Positions 48,701 to 60,900 of a stretch of DNA of 64,000 nucleotides are shown here, piece by piece. Within the stretch, counting starts at the first letter, position 1, and each line of letters begins with the position of its first letter. Made by a program: the position numbers and the translations under genes. The notes under the pieces are model-generated. The model was not told the DNA's origin. It saw only the letters and a list, made by a program, of their open reading frames with translations, and ran no database searches. Source of the stretch: Asterias rubens (Eukaryota); contig NC_047082.1 of the NCBI RefSeq assembly GCF_902459465.1, positions 10,106,001-10,170,000 on the forward strand, in the 5' to 3' direction.

Positions 48701-51700
48701 GCATTGGAATGATCTCATCACGAGTTGTCGCTTTAGTTCTGTTCGCATCTGCCTTCAAGGCCTACACCTTCATAGTTGTTGGTAAGCTCAAAGTGCTTAA
48801 AGGAACACGTTGCCTTGGATCGGTCGAGTTGGTCTTTGAAGAGCGTTTGGTTAGAAAGATGATTTAAAAGTAGACTACAATGATCCACACAAATTTGCCT
48901 CAAAATTGCTTGGTTTGCCTTTTACTTTGCGAACTAACACGGTCGGCCATTTATGGGAGTTAAAAGTTTAACTCCCGTAATTTTTTTATTTTTTTTTAAA
49001 TGGCCGACCGTGTTATCGACGAGCTAAAAGGAAACACTTGTGATACTTGTGTCGATCATTATATTCTACTTTTAAAGAATATTTCTAATCATTATGCATT
49101 TTATAACAAACGGTTACAAACGCTTTTCAAAGACCAACTTGACCGATCCAAGGCAACGTGTTCCTTTAAATGAATGATGTTACTAATCATTTTTTACTAA
49201 GCCTGTGCAGCTAGTGTGAAAGACGTGACTATTGATTGCTTAGTCGTAACTACCCTTTTTCAACTACCCGGTTAATCGTGCCGCCATGACTACTACAAAA
49301 ATAGTCAAACTTCCTGCTTGGTGGACCAATTGTGTCGCTCACGACAATTCCCGACAACATAACTTATTTACCAAACACAACCAGACATCAGTGGCACAAT
49401 CCTTCAAATCTTTCAGCATGATTTCTACAATATTCTGGGGGGGGAGGGGACCACCATGCCACATATTGAACACCAAATGAACAACTCTGACTCTGAACTT
49501 TGTTTTTCAATTCATAGGTATCCACTGGCTCGTCATGGTTCTCTGGGTATTCCTTCAGAAGACGGACTTCTGCGACACATGGCTTGAAGAGCGCCTCTTC
49601 AACAGCGTCATTGGCACCATCTACGTCTTCTGTTTCTTCAACCTGAAGGAGGGCAACACGAGGTACCGCATCAGCATCTTCTACATCGTCGTGGCCATCG
49701 AGAATGTCGTCCTCCTCCTTCTGTGGCACCGATTTGGCATGCTAGACGACTGGTATACATCAGTGGGGTTTACTATCGTGTTTGGTGGCTTCCTCATAGG
49801 TAAGCCTGAAGAGTTGCACATTTTTGTATGGACAGGGTTCAGACAATATTGAGAGTTGTTATTTTGAACTTAAGGCTCTCGACAAGTTTGGTAATCGTCA
49901 AAGACCAGTATTCTCACATATGCATAAAATAACAAAACTTCTCGAATTTGCAAGAAAATGTTGAAAGAAAAACCCCGCCCCCTTCTCAGATTCAAATAAC
50001 TTTGTGAGAAATTACGACTTTCTAAAAATCTGTGTTACTTCAGAGGGAGTTGTTTCTCACATTGTTTTATACTATTGACAGCTCTTTGTTGCTAGTTACC
50101 AAGTAAGTTTTTAAGCTTATATATATTTTGAGTGGTTACCAAATGTGTCCACTACCTTGTAAAACCTACAGACTTTTGAATTTATTTTTTTGTTCATCTC
50201 CTTCCCCCTCAGGGACAGTTACAATGGTCTTGTACTACCGCTTCTTCCATCCAAGGGGAGCCATATCACTCTGCGGAAAATCAAAACATGACATCGGGAA
50301 AGCCTGCCGCCATGGTAAGTCAAATCGTCTCTCGTTACATCACGGGAACGTTGATGCAGAAATCTTCCATCGCTCCAGGACCCCTTCCCCACAGAAATCA
50401 CCTGCAGGTGCAGATTCCGACAGGGGTGTGGACAACCAGGGTTTAGTTAGGGCGGCACCCCCCTGTAATTACTCACCACTGAAAGGAGATCCACACTCTG
50501 TGGACGGGCGAGTAGCGCCCTCGCACAGGAGTAAAAGCTTAGGGTGTTTGTTCGCAAGTGAGAGTGAATGCGAGGGTAGCAACACACTGAGGGGAAATAC
50601 AAAGTCGTTGGAGTGGTTAGAAGAAGCAGGGTTGCAAACAACTCCTGCCCATCTGAACTCCGAGTACATGGACTCTCCTGGGGTGTGCACTTGTAGTTTT
50701 CAGGCTTACGAACTTTCAGGGTTCGCTACCGAGTTAGTCGATAGGTTTGACAAGCGTAAAGACATGATGCTGGCCCAGTCTCTGCTTGCAGACGAGTCCA
50801 GAATGAGTCTGTACTCTGCTGCCGGTAAACAAGGCACGCCATGTAAAGCTTGCTTAGATTTCAATCTCAGTCGAGTGAGTCAAATGAATAATTCCTCTCG
50901 TCAGAGATGGCGCTCTTTCTCGCAACCAAACCTGCCATCAACCGCTAAGGAAACTCGGCATGGTGCGAATCCAAAAAGCTCAGTTCGCTTTAACGATAGC
51001 GCTGGCAATCAGATTCAAGCTGTGTGTCAGAAGGCACCCAAGGCCGAGACAGAAACTCTAGAAATAAGCCAGGTTTCATGTGATCTTCCCGAGCTGCCAC
51101 AATACATTGATTCTCCTGATATGACAGGAGCAATGAACGCATTTGAGGTTCAACAGATCTACGATCAAATACTCGGGAGGGAGCCATTGCAGCGTGTTTC
51201 AAAGCGGCAGTTAAACTTTGGTGAAGTTACCAGCAACTTGGACTCGGAAGATGTTCAGAAACACTCGGGGCATTCTCAGGTGATTCGAAAAACCTTCGAC
51301 AAAAAAGGGGTCAATGTCCAAGATGATGCGGAAATATCCGGGTCAAATATCCCACAATGTCCACCCTGCATGTCTGAACCTTTCAAGAAACCCACAACCC
51401 CCAAGAACAACACAAACGAGCCAGTACACAGTAATTTTGACTTAAAGCCAACTCAGTTTACTCCGACTAAGAGTGAAAGATATGACAACCATTCCTCTAC
51501 TGACATCGCGCAGCCCTCTACAGAAAGCAAAAGTCCTGGAACGAACCAAAAGCAAGCAGTTTGGGAAACACCTGTTTTGGCAAGCAATCCTTCCAAATGC
51601 AGTCCAGGCACCTCTGATACTGGCAATCCAGGCACCTCTGATACTGGCAATCTAGGTACCTCTGATACAGGCAATCTAGGTACCTCTGATACAGGCAATC

Positions 51701-52635
51701 CAGGCACCTCTGATAAATGCAATCCAGGCACCTGTGAAACAGGCAATTATGCTAACCTGAATTCCCAGGCACACGGAAAGGATCTTGCCAAGTGTTCATC
51801 ATTAAGAAAAGTTAGGGATGGTTCAATATCAGGTTCAGAACAAACAGAGCCCCAACCATCAAAGGCAGCTTTGAAGCCAGGTTGCGCTCTGAGTGTAGTG
51901 GTTCCTTTGCACCTGCAAGGGGAATCCACAATTAACCCTGACCACAAACCCAAATTGGCTCTCACTCCAGCTCTGGGGAGTTCAGAGTCAGTGAACTTGC
52001 AAGAAATCACCAGAAATACAATGACAAGTTCCAGCAACCCCCTTCATCCCTCGGCTAAAATATCTGCCACAACACCTCAACCAGTCAGTCCTGCCAAATA
52101 TCTTCTGGCAGTCAGAACAGGCAATGGTAAAAACAGAGATGCGAGATTGGAAGAGAAACACAGCTCTCAAGCTGTCCTCGATGCCAGCCCAAGAAAAAGT
52201 CAACTCACTACCCCCTTGACCCCATCCAAATCCCCAGGACCTCTGACCCAAAGTGATGGTGGGGATTACAAATCAAACAGCAGAACACAAAACAAACATG
52301 ACACACTAGCTTTGGAAAATCAAAAGCGCCCCCTAAACCCCATGATAAATACCGCCAACACGCCCAGTCCCGGCTCAAAGATCTTAACGCCAAGACGGCT
52401 TGAGACAGAGCCTAAGACTTCCATTCTTACAACTCCACATAAATCAACAGATAGGGTGACAGTGGGTCCTCGTGGGAAGGAAAATAAGCAACTGACTCCC
52501 TTGAGTGCTAGACTAGCCCTGCTGAGCCCCTCCTCTGCCGTCAGCCCAGCCCCTCAAAAGAAACCTCCCAGGAAATCTCTTGGTAGGATCCCCACAAATA
52601 AGGTTGCTGAAAATGTTGCTTTGTTCGGTAAATAA
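45783..52635 (+). CDS. XKR: XK-related protein (Xkr phospholipid scramblase family) with very long low-complexity C-terminal tail
   Basis: Exons 45783-45984, 46952-47135, 47860-48050, 48572-48781, 49518-49799, 50213-52635 join in frame. Family motifs DVSMLRLFEAFLESAPQIVLQLYI, SRVVALVLFAS, ENVVLLLLW, YYRFFHP. The symbol is family-level only; the ortholog is not determinable. Confidence 0.92.
46376..46494. mobile_element. 119-bp near-perfect palindrome, Mutator-like MITE in XKR intron 1
   Basis: TAGACCCAGTAACTGGGGCGCT...AGCGCCCCAGTTACTGGGTCTA; 9-bp TSD aactcagat on both sides. Confidence 0.85.
47215..47588. mobile_element. MITE family A in XKR intron 2
   Basis: TTAA TSDs, perfect TIRs. Confidence 0.92.
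48801..49165. mobile_element. TTAA-type MITE family E in XKR intron 4
   Basis: TTAA|AGGAACACGTTGCCTTGGATCGGTC...GACCGATCCAAGGCAACGTGTTCCT|TTAA. Confidence 0.88.
49874..50157. mobile_element. Degenerate MITE family A in XKR intron 5
   Basis: Internal similarity; eroded TIRs. Confidence 0.65.
51604..51747 (+). repeat. Coding 24-bp repeat x6 (PGTSDTGN) in the XKR tail
   Basis: C(C/T)AGG(C/T)ACCT(C/G)TGA..., in frame. Confidence 0.9.
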
Positions 52636-53062
52636 GAGCTTGTCAAGCCCACTAAGGTTTTTAGTGCCATCATATTTGTAAAATAATTGGAAATGGGGGC
52701 ATGTCCAGAAAGCCTAATAAGCTTGTGGTTGATATGCCAAGGCAATCAGACATTAACAACTAACAAGTACAAGTACATAAATGTACATTGTGAGTTTGTT
52801 TGATATATTATTGGCTGAAATTGACAGGAAAATAAATATTAATGTCATTAAGACTCACATTTTTATTCTTAGCAATTATCACACCATTTGGTGTCTCACG
52901 CACTCAGTATTTTCTTGACATTATGTATGCAGCGCTTTTTTAGAATTTACCAGGCAATGCGGTGCAAGCATTCTTATAAGAGTTGAAACCCCAAATTTCC
53001 AGAACAACCCCAACTCATTAAGAGACATATCATTTGCATATGGTGTTACTGCAAACCTTTAA

Positions 53063-53441
53063 AGGCAGTGGACACTATTGGTAACTACTCAAAATAATTA
53101 TTAGCATAAAACCTTTCTTGGTGACGAGTAATGGGGAGAGGTTGATGGTATAAAACATTGTTAGAAACGGCTCCCTCTGAAGTGCCATAGTTTTCGAGAA
53201 AGAAGTGATTTTCCACGAATTTGATTTCGAGACCTCAAGTTTAGAACTTGAGGTCTCGAAATCAACCATCTAAACGCAGACAACTTCGTGTGACAAGGGT
53301 GTTTTTTTCTTTCATTATTATCTCGCAAGTTTGATGACCGATTGAGCTCAAATTTTCAAAGGTTTGTTATTTTATGCATATGTTGAGATATACCAACTGT
53401 GAAGGCTAGTCTTTGACAATTACCAATAGTGTCCACTGCCT
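53063..53441. mobile_element. MITE family A
   Basis: TTAA TSDs, TIRs. Confidence 0.92.
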
Positions 53442-53553
53442 TTAACCAGTCATGCCAGAAAAACCAGGTAAATCCCCTTCGTAATAAGTGTACTCGGTTC
53501 ATCTCATTTTGTTGTGGTTGTGAATCCAGGGACTCTCAGAAAAGTGAACTTAA

Positions 53554-53922
53554 AGGGAAGGTACACAATTGGTAACTGTCAAAGACCAGTCTTTTCACTT
53601 GGTGTATCCCAACATAAGCATAAAATAACAAACCTGTGAAAATTTGAGCTCAATTGGTCATCGGAGTTGTGAGAAAATGATGACAGAAAAAAACTCCCTT
53701 GTTGGACGAGTTTGTGTGCTTTCAGATAGGAATAAAAGACTTCAAGCTAGAAGTATTTTATTATTTTAGTGAGAAATTACCTCTTTCTTAAAATCTATGC
53801 TACTTCAGAGGGTGCCGTTTGTCACAATGTTTTATACTATCACCAGCTTTCGAATGCTTGTTACCAAGTCGGTTTTTAAGTTAATATTTGTTTTGAGTAA
53901 TTACCAAACGTGTACCTTCCCT
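53554..53922. mobile_element. MITE family A variant with AGGGAAGGTACAC TIRs, inverted relative to 53063
   Basis: TTAA|AGGGAAGGTACAC...GTGTACCTTCCCT|TTAA. Confidence 0.85.
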
Positions 53923-55423
53923 TTAATCACTGTGGTACTAACCAAGAACCAAATGGAGAGAAGTCAATTAGGAGGGAAGTTTCGGTTTCTGATGCGGGAG
54001 GAAAACCCCAGATATTTTACTACAGGGAAAACCCATGTGTAAACCCAATCCACAAAGCACAATGGCAACCATAGTTTGTTGCCGTGCTCATGGACCCAAG
54101 TTCAATTACTCTACTAGGACCCAAACCCGCTCTCTCACAACACCGTTAAACTTACCAGAGTATGGTTGCCAGCCAAACTACAATATCACATGTACACAAT
54201 GTGACTGGTATCCTGCTCATATCTGCTAAGCAGTAGTTTGTAATAAGCAATATTTTGTGCCCGAACACTACTTGTCACTTATCTCTGTGTCCTCTGAGAA
54301 TTTGAACATAAAATTAGCCCACACATACTTATTCTGCTAAATTAATGCTTATGCTAAGCATAATGTTCTCAATTTCTTTACTTAAGAGTATGACATGTTA
54401 CAATAGCACACATGTACAATCAAGCATAAGCATAATTTGTTTAATAAATTAAATAAATAAATTATATTTGAAGCTGTTTAGCTTATAAACAGAATTGCAT
54501 GATGATTTTATACTCTATACATTGTACCTGTAAAATGTATTTTTTTTTTTACTTTTATTTTCAAAAAGCTGTTTTTTATGTAATCTACACTTAGACATTG
54601 GCCGAAATGCAAAAAGTATGTTAACAACTTTCTGGTTGGGGGTTTTGTATGGGGGGGGGGGGGGGTGTTGTATGTTATTTCTTTGTTAACATAACACTGA
54701 CATTGTTTTAATTATAGCTTTGTTTCTTAGTTTAAACATAATCCTGTCCACATCGTTGGTGGGGTTTTATTTTCATTGCACTTCGGGATAATTTCACTAC
54801 CAACAACAGTTGTTTCTCTTTTTTTCAAATACTCGAATGTTAGAGTCTACATTATATTTTAAATCACTATGTGTATATTATACAGTTGTACATTGTATAT
54901 CATGTAATTATTAGCTGACATTTATACTTGCTATTTTATCAAATATAGTGCAAGCGTTACTTTCTGAAGTTCATTACTATGCAATTTCTTAAAATGTATG
55001 TATTTACGATTTTTATTGCAGCAGATTCGGCAATAATCACCAAATGCTTTTATCTTTTATACACATTTTGTTTACTGGTACTCTCCTTTCTGCATAACAT
55101 TTCGTTTGTGCCACTTTGTTTGTCTTGAAGATCGATTTTTTATTCTTCAAATATTTCCTTTTTAGGCCTACTCATAAATATACATATGATTGTATTTAGT
55201 TATTTTAGACTTGTCTTTTTATACCTTTTTTTTTACCCCTATTGAATTTTGAAGTGTTGGTTTTGGTGTTTTTTGTCTTCAAGTTCTTTGCTTTGTCCCT
55301 GAATTCACCATTTTGTGTGCAAGATTAACATCAACAATTTATCAAACTTTCACCCCTCCCTGCCCTCCCCTCCCACACGATGTTTATTAGAACTTATTAC
55401 CCATAATATAATATTGTACTTAA

Positions 55424-55803
55424 AGACACTGGACACTATTGGTAATTGTCAAAGACCAGTCTTCTCACTGGTTGTATCTCAACATATGCATAACTTATAA
55501 CAAACCTGTGAAAATTGGAGATCAATTGGTTGTCGAAGTTGCGAGATAATATGAAAGAAAAAAAAACCCTTGTCACACGAAGTTGTGTGCTTTCAGATGC
55601 TTGATTTCGAGACCTCAAGTTTTAAACCTGAGGTCTCGAAATCAAATTCGCGGAACATTACTTCTTTCTCGAAAACTACATCACTTCAGAGGGGGCCGTT
55701 GCTCACAATATTTTATACTACCAACCTCTCCCCATTACTCGTCACCAAATAAGGTTTTATGCTAATAATTATTTAGAGTAATTACCAATAGTGTCCACTG
55801 CCT
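55424..55803. mobile_element. MITE family A
   Basis: TTAA TSDs, TIRs. Confidence 0.9.
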
Positions 55804-56894
55804 TTAAAATATCATTCTCTCAGATACAGTTTTAAACCTTTTTGAAAGAGAAAACTAAACAAGGAAAGTCAGGGTAAATAATTGATTTAGAAAACGGTAT
55901 TTTTTTTTTTTTTTTTTTTTTTTTTAACTTACTATTTTCGGTTTCCATAAAACAAATGAACCAATTCCCATCCGTAATTCTTGCCTTTGGTGATACTTTT
56001 GTAATAGGCCTAAAGACTTAAAAGCTTTCTTGTTTGTTTAAATAATATACTGGCTTGAGGAAGAACTGCTTGCAATAAAACAACAATGAATGGTTTTCAT
56101 TGTGTTGAAAAAGCTGTTTTTCAATTGTTTCGTGTGTATGTGCTTTCCCACATTGTTAATTGGATAAGTAATCTCGTTTTTATTTTTTTTGTTCAAGCGT
56201 CATGAAGGGAGCTTACTTTGAAAATCCTGTCAACAATTTGTGGAATGATCATTAATCCATTACTTTTCAAACTGTTTATGTTTGAGTCAGTGTCAGTGTT
56301 TGCACTGGCCAACAAAAATGTTAAATATTTCTTGCTTGCGTGGTGAATGTATATTTAGGCTTGAATAATTATCAGGACAACATCATTTTGTGTTTTTTTA
56401 ACACTACTCAATGAAAATTAGTACAAATTTTGTTGTTCGTAACAAATGTTGGCCGTGAATTTACCAAGTATAATTCTTTTTCTTTAAATCAGAACCTCAT
56501 AACATAAGCCATGGAAAAGTTACCTGTTTGCTGCCACCTAGCGTTCAAGTCCGCATTGTGCCAAGTCAGCCAACGCTTGCGCCATTTTGATTTTGCAAAT
56601 GCGTGTAGAAACTAATGGGCGTTAACATCTCCCACACGGACTTCCATTGCAACCTGTGCTTATTCAGTAAAATACGCATCAGAAACATAACAACCTTTAC
56701 CGAAACTGATAGTGCCTTCATGTTATAAATATGGTTCTTGGTAATAAAATTATAATTTCGCTTTCCGTTACATGAGTCAAGGGAATTTCCAACCTCGTGT
56801 ATAATGGATGAAATATGAAACGAAAAAATAAAGATGAAAAGATGTGTTTAAAAACAAGATGAGGATTATGGCGAGAGTAATAAAACATGCTTAA

Positions 56895-57125
56895 AGGCAC
56901 TGGACAATATTGGTAAATACTCAAAATAGTTACATATGTACAAGCATAATTTACAAGCTTATAATTTTACTATTAACGAGCAATTGAGAGCTTTTGATAG
57001 TAGTTTTTGAGAAAGGTTATTGCTCACTCAAATATTCAGAGACTTAAGGCCCGAAGCCTTTTATTAGGCATATTCTGAGATCCCACCAAATTTATTTGTG
57101 CAATTACCAAAGGTGTCCAATGCCT
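56895..57125. mobile_element. Internally deleted MITE family A
   Basis: TTAA|AGGCACTGGAC...GTCCAATGCCT|TTAA. Confidence 0.7.
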
Positions 57126-57963
57126 TTAATTAGCGAACTGCTAACTGACATTGTAAGACTAATGGATAATATTGGTCGGCCCGGCAAATAAAATAATGTA
57201 ACCCCAGTTTCAGGAATTGAATTATTCACAAAATACGAACCATCAGCCTAAAGTTCGAGTTCGTTATATCTGCCCCTACCCTTGGTGACCAGTATAAATT
57301 AGTGGAGGAGCCAGCGGAAGGAAGTGAGAGTAAACACTCGTTAGAAGTATGTGGTTGATACAAAATAGTTTTATTTTCATAATCAGTGGTGACGATTGCA
57401 TGAATAATGTACTGAGTTTAATGATGTAGGACTACCCGACCACGATCTCTTTCACTTTGACGTTGGTGTTAGTGCCTGGTACTGCTAGTCAGCTTTGGTT
57501 TGGAACTACATGCAGTAGGATCAAATTATTATGATTCCGTGAACTGTGACTAGGACTTTATTTCGTGTGGAACCTACATCTGATTTAAGTCTTGCATTGC
57601 AAGGCAACATAATCTTCAGAAATGCTTTAGTGGATATCAATTAGGTTTACGTCTTTATTCTATCTGAGACTTTGAATATTTTTGCCAGAAGACTGATTGT
57701 GGTTTTTAGGGTAACTCGGGGGTGTGAAAGTCAAGCACCACCTGATTTTCCCTTAAAGTTCCGTTGGCACGAAAATGAACATAATGCAATTCATCAATGA
57801 CTCCAGAGCGTCCAGTGCACTGAGACGGTGTGTTGTTTTCTGTACGTTGAAATGAGTTAAAGAATCGATAATTGTGATTGAAGAAGCACCTCAAGTCGTG
57901 GAAAGTCTTTTAGCTCCGGTGGGGACTTATCTATTACGCACTGAGATATCAAGCTCGAGCATC

Positions 57964-60900
57964 ATGACGACTGGAGGAAGTATGAGCCAAGATGGCTACG
58001 CATCGGCCGTGGGAAGCTTGGACTGGCTGGATGTATCCTACAACCCGCTGCAACTAACTGAAAAGTAAGTTGGAATTGTGACGATTTGTTATGTCTGGAC
58101 AACGTGACAGCTCTAATATAATGTATGATGTTCTTGGTCGGTGTACCAATCTTCTCGAAAAAGTATATAGGCTCACCAATACAATTCTGTATTTTGCAAG
58201 GATGTTATTTTGTTTCTCATAATTATGGATTTTATTGTACAGACATTTTATTTTGTGTACCGGCAGATGGTAAGAGGTGATTTTAAATTCTGGTTGTGTC
58301 TTTTTTTATTTTTTTTTTATTTTTTTACTTTGAAGGGGTATGGGTTTTTGGGAGGTTTGAATGTTTTCGTTTAAATCGGAGATATCACAGTATTTCATAA
58401 TGGCAATACGTAATTATAAAATTAACATGTGAAAATTTATTGAAATAATACATATAGGCTTTTAACCAAAAGTTGTTATTGGCATTGCTATTTTAAGAGT
58501 GATTACCCTTTAAGTGATTGACCCTCCCTTTAATGACGGTATCTCTGATTTAGATTTAGGCTGCCAACCTTGGTTCGCATCGGCGAAGGGCACTACGGCA
58601 ACGCGGATGATACATGTTTCTCGGCAATGGAGGTTGTGAAACTGCATGGTGTGCAGAGGGTGGACATGGTCATTGCACAAGGCTTGGTGAGTGGCCCCTT
58701 TAAGAAATTCAAAAGTTTAAGGTTCATTTTGTCTCCACTGTATCAACCTAAAAAAAGAAAATGCGATTTCTGCTGAGCATAAATGATCAGGATACCAGTC
58801 ACAAATTGTACATAGTGTCATAGTATTTTAGCTGGTAACCTTATTCTGGTAAGAACATTTGATTGTGCTTAGCTACTTTTTGTGCTTTTAAGCAGCAGCT
58901 CTATGAAACTGGGCCAAGGTTATGTAGGACTGTTTCTTTTTATCAGTAATTCTCAAAATAATCTTATATTTTAGAAATCAAACTGCAAAAACTCGTACGC
59001 ACCTCCGATGAAACTTCGCCTCTCAAACAAGTGGGATTTCAAAAATTATTTATCACATCCCGAAGTTATTACTACTTTTGTTTGTCTCTCTAGAATGACA
59101 AAGATGACCCAAGCTCTGCCCCGCCCATCCGCATCTGCCTACCCAGGGGGTTACCAAGTGTCTTCAACGTTCACCAAACCGAAGACGGCAACGACAAGGG
59201 CACGAAGCTGTACAAGAGCGTCCGACAGTTATCCGATGATTCCCCGCAGTGCGTCGTTGTTTTAAAGAAACCTTTGCGGAGAGATTGCGGAGTTGTCAAG
59301 GGGGACATCCTCCGGACGATCGGGATAACGATGTGCAACGGACTGTTTGAGCAAGGACTTAGGTGAGTTTTTAGTGGACTAGTTCCCTGCCGCCCCCCCA
59401 CGACCCCCCCCCCCCCCGTCTTTGTTCGAAGGAGACAGAAGTACCCAGTAGAAATTATGCTGAACCCCCAGCCATCCCAACCACTTAAAAAGATTGTTTA
59501 CCTTTGTTTCGGTGGTGTAATTAAAGCCATTGGATACTTTCGGTAAACAGTATTGTCCAAGGCCCACACTTCGTGTGAAAATTTAGGTTCAATCGGTCAT
59601 CGGAGTCGGGAGAAAATAACGGGGAAAACCCACCATTGTTTCCGCACGTTTCGCCGTGTCATGACATGTGTTTAAAATAAATCCGTAATTCTCGACAACG
59701 AGAATTGATAATCGTTTTAATGTTTTCTCGAAAAGTGAAGCATTTCATGGAATAATATTTCAAGAGAAGTCTTTCACCGTTACCTTCTGTAAACCCTGTA
59801 AGTTATTTGTAAATCTGTGAACTTTTATTTATTTTTCTGTGCCGATATGTCTCTTAAAAAGCTATAGAAACAAACAATTAAATTGCACCATATGAAATGC
59901 GGGATTACTGTCCTGTGGTTGTAATGAAACAGCTGAAGTTTTTCCAGTGCAAACTGAAGCTTTACTTCATTGAACATTCTCATAAAAAAGAATTTTGTAT
60001 TTCTTGTTAAAATAACGTTTAAAGCATTTTTAAAACTTGTATATTATTGTAAAAGTATATTTACTCTTTTCACTTTTGCATTCTGAACTTTGCAGTTCAA
60101 ATGTATTAGTGTTTGTTTGTCGGTTGAAAATAATTCTAAATCACAGTTGTATTTCACAATTCAAGAGTGTGTCAAAAACAATGTTATTAATAAACGGCTG
60201 TTCATGTTTTAAGGGTTTGGTTTGGGTTCTTGGTCTTCTAATCCAATGCACTTCCTGCTTTCGTTTTCTTACTTTTTGTTAGTGCGGCTGCGAAAGTGTT
60301 TTTAGAGCATATAATAACCAGCGATTCGTGTGCGTAAATGAAAGTGCGTGTGGCATACATTTTTATTTAGAATATTCGGGTATAGGCTTATATAGGCACT
60401 GGATACTATTGGTAATTGCTCAAAAAAATTGTTAGCATAAAAACTTACCTGTTTGCGATCAATGGAGAGATGTTGATAGTATAAAACATTGTAAAAACGG
60501 CTCCCTCTGAAATAATGTCGTTTTCGAGAAATAAGTTATTTCTCACTAAAATATTTGAATTTGAATTCGAGACTCGAATTCAAGCATCTAAAAGCCCACA
60601 ACTACGTGTGACAAGGAATTTTTTCTTCCATTATTATCTCGCAGCTTCGACGACCAATTGAGTTCAAATTGTCACAGGTTTGTTATTTTGTGCATATGTT
60701 GGGATACACCAAGTGAGAAGACTGGTCTGTGACAATTACCGAAGGTGTCCAGCCGTCGATTTCACAAATAGTTAGGACTCGTCTTATCTCGAGTTAGGAC
60801 GAGTAACTCGTCCTAACTTAGGATTAATCTTAAGGTCTGCATGCTACAGTGCAGGGTTGGGAGTCGTCCTAAGTCCAAGATTAGTCTTAAGTTAGGAAGA

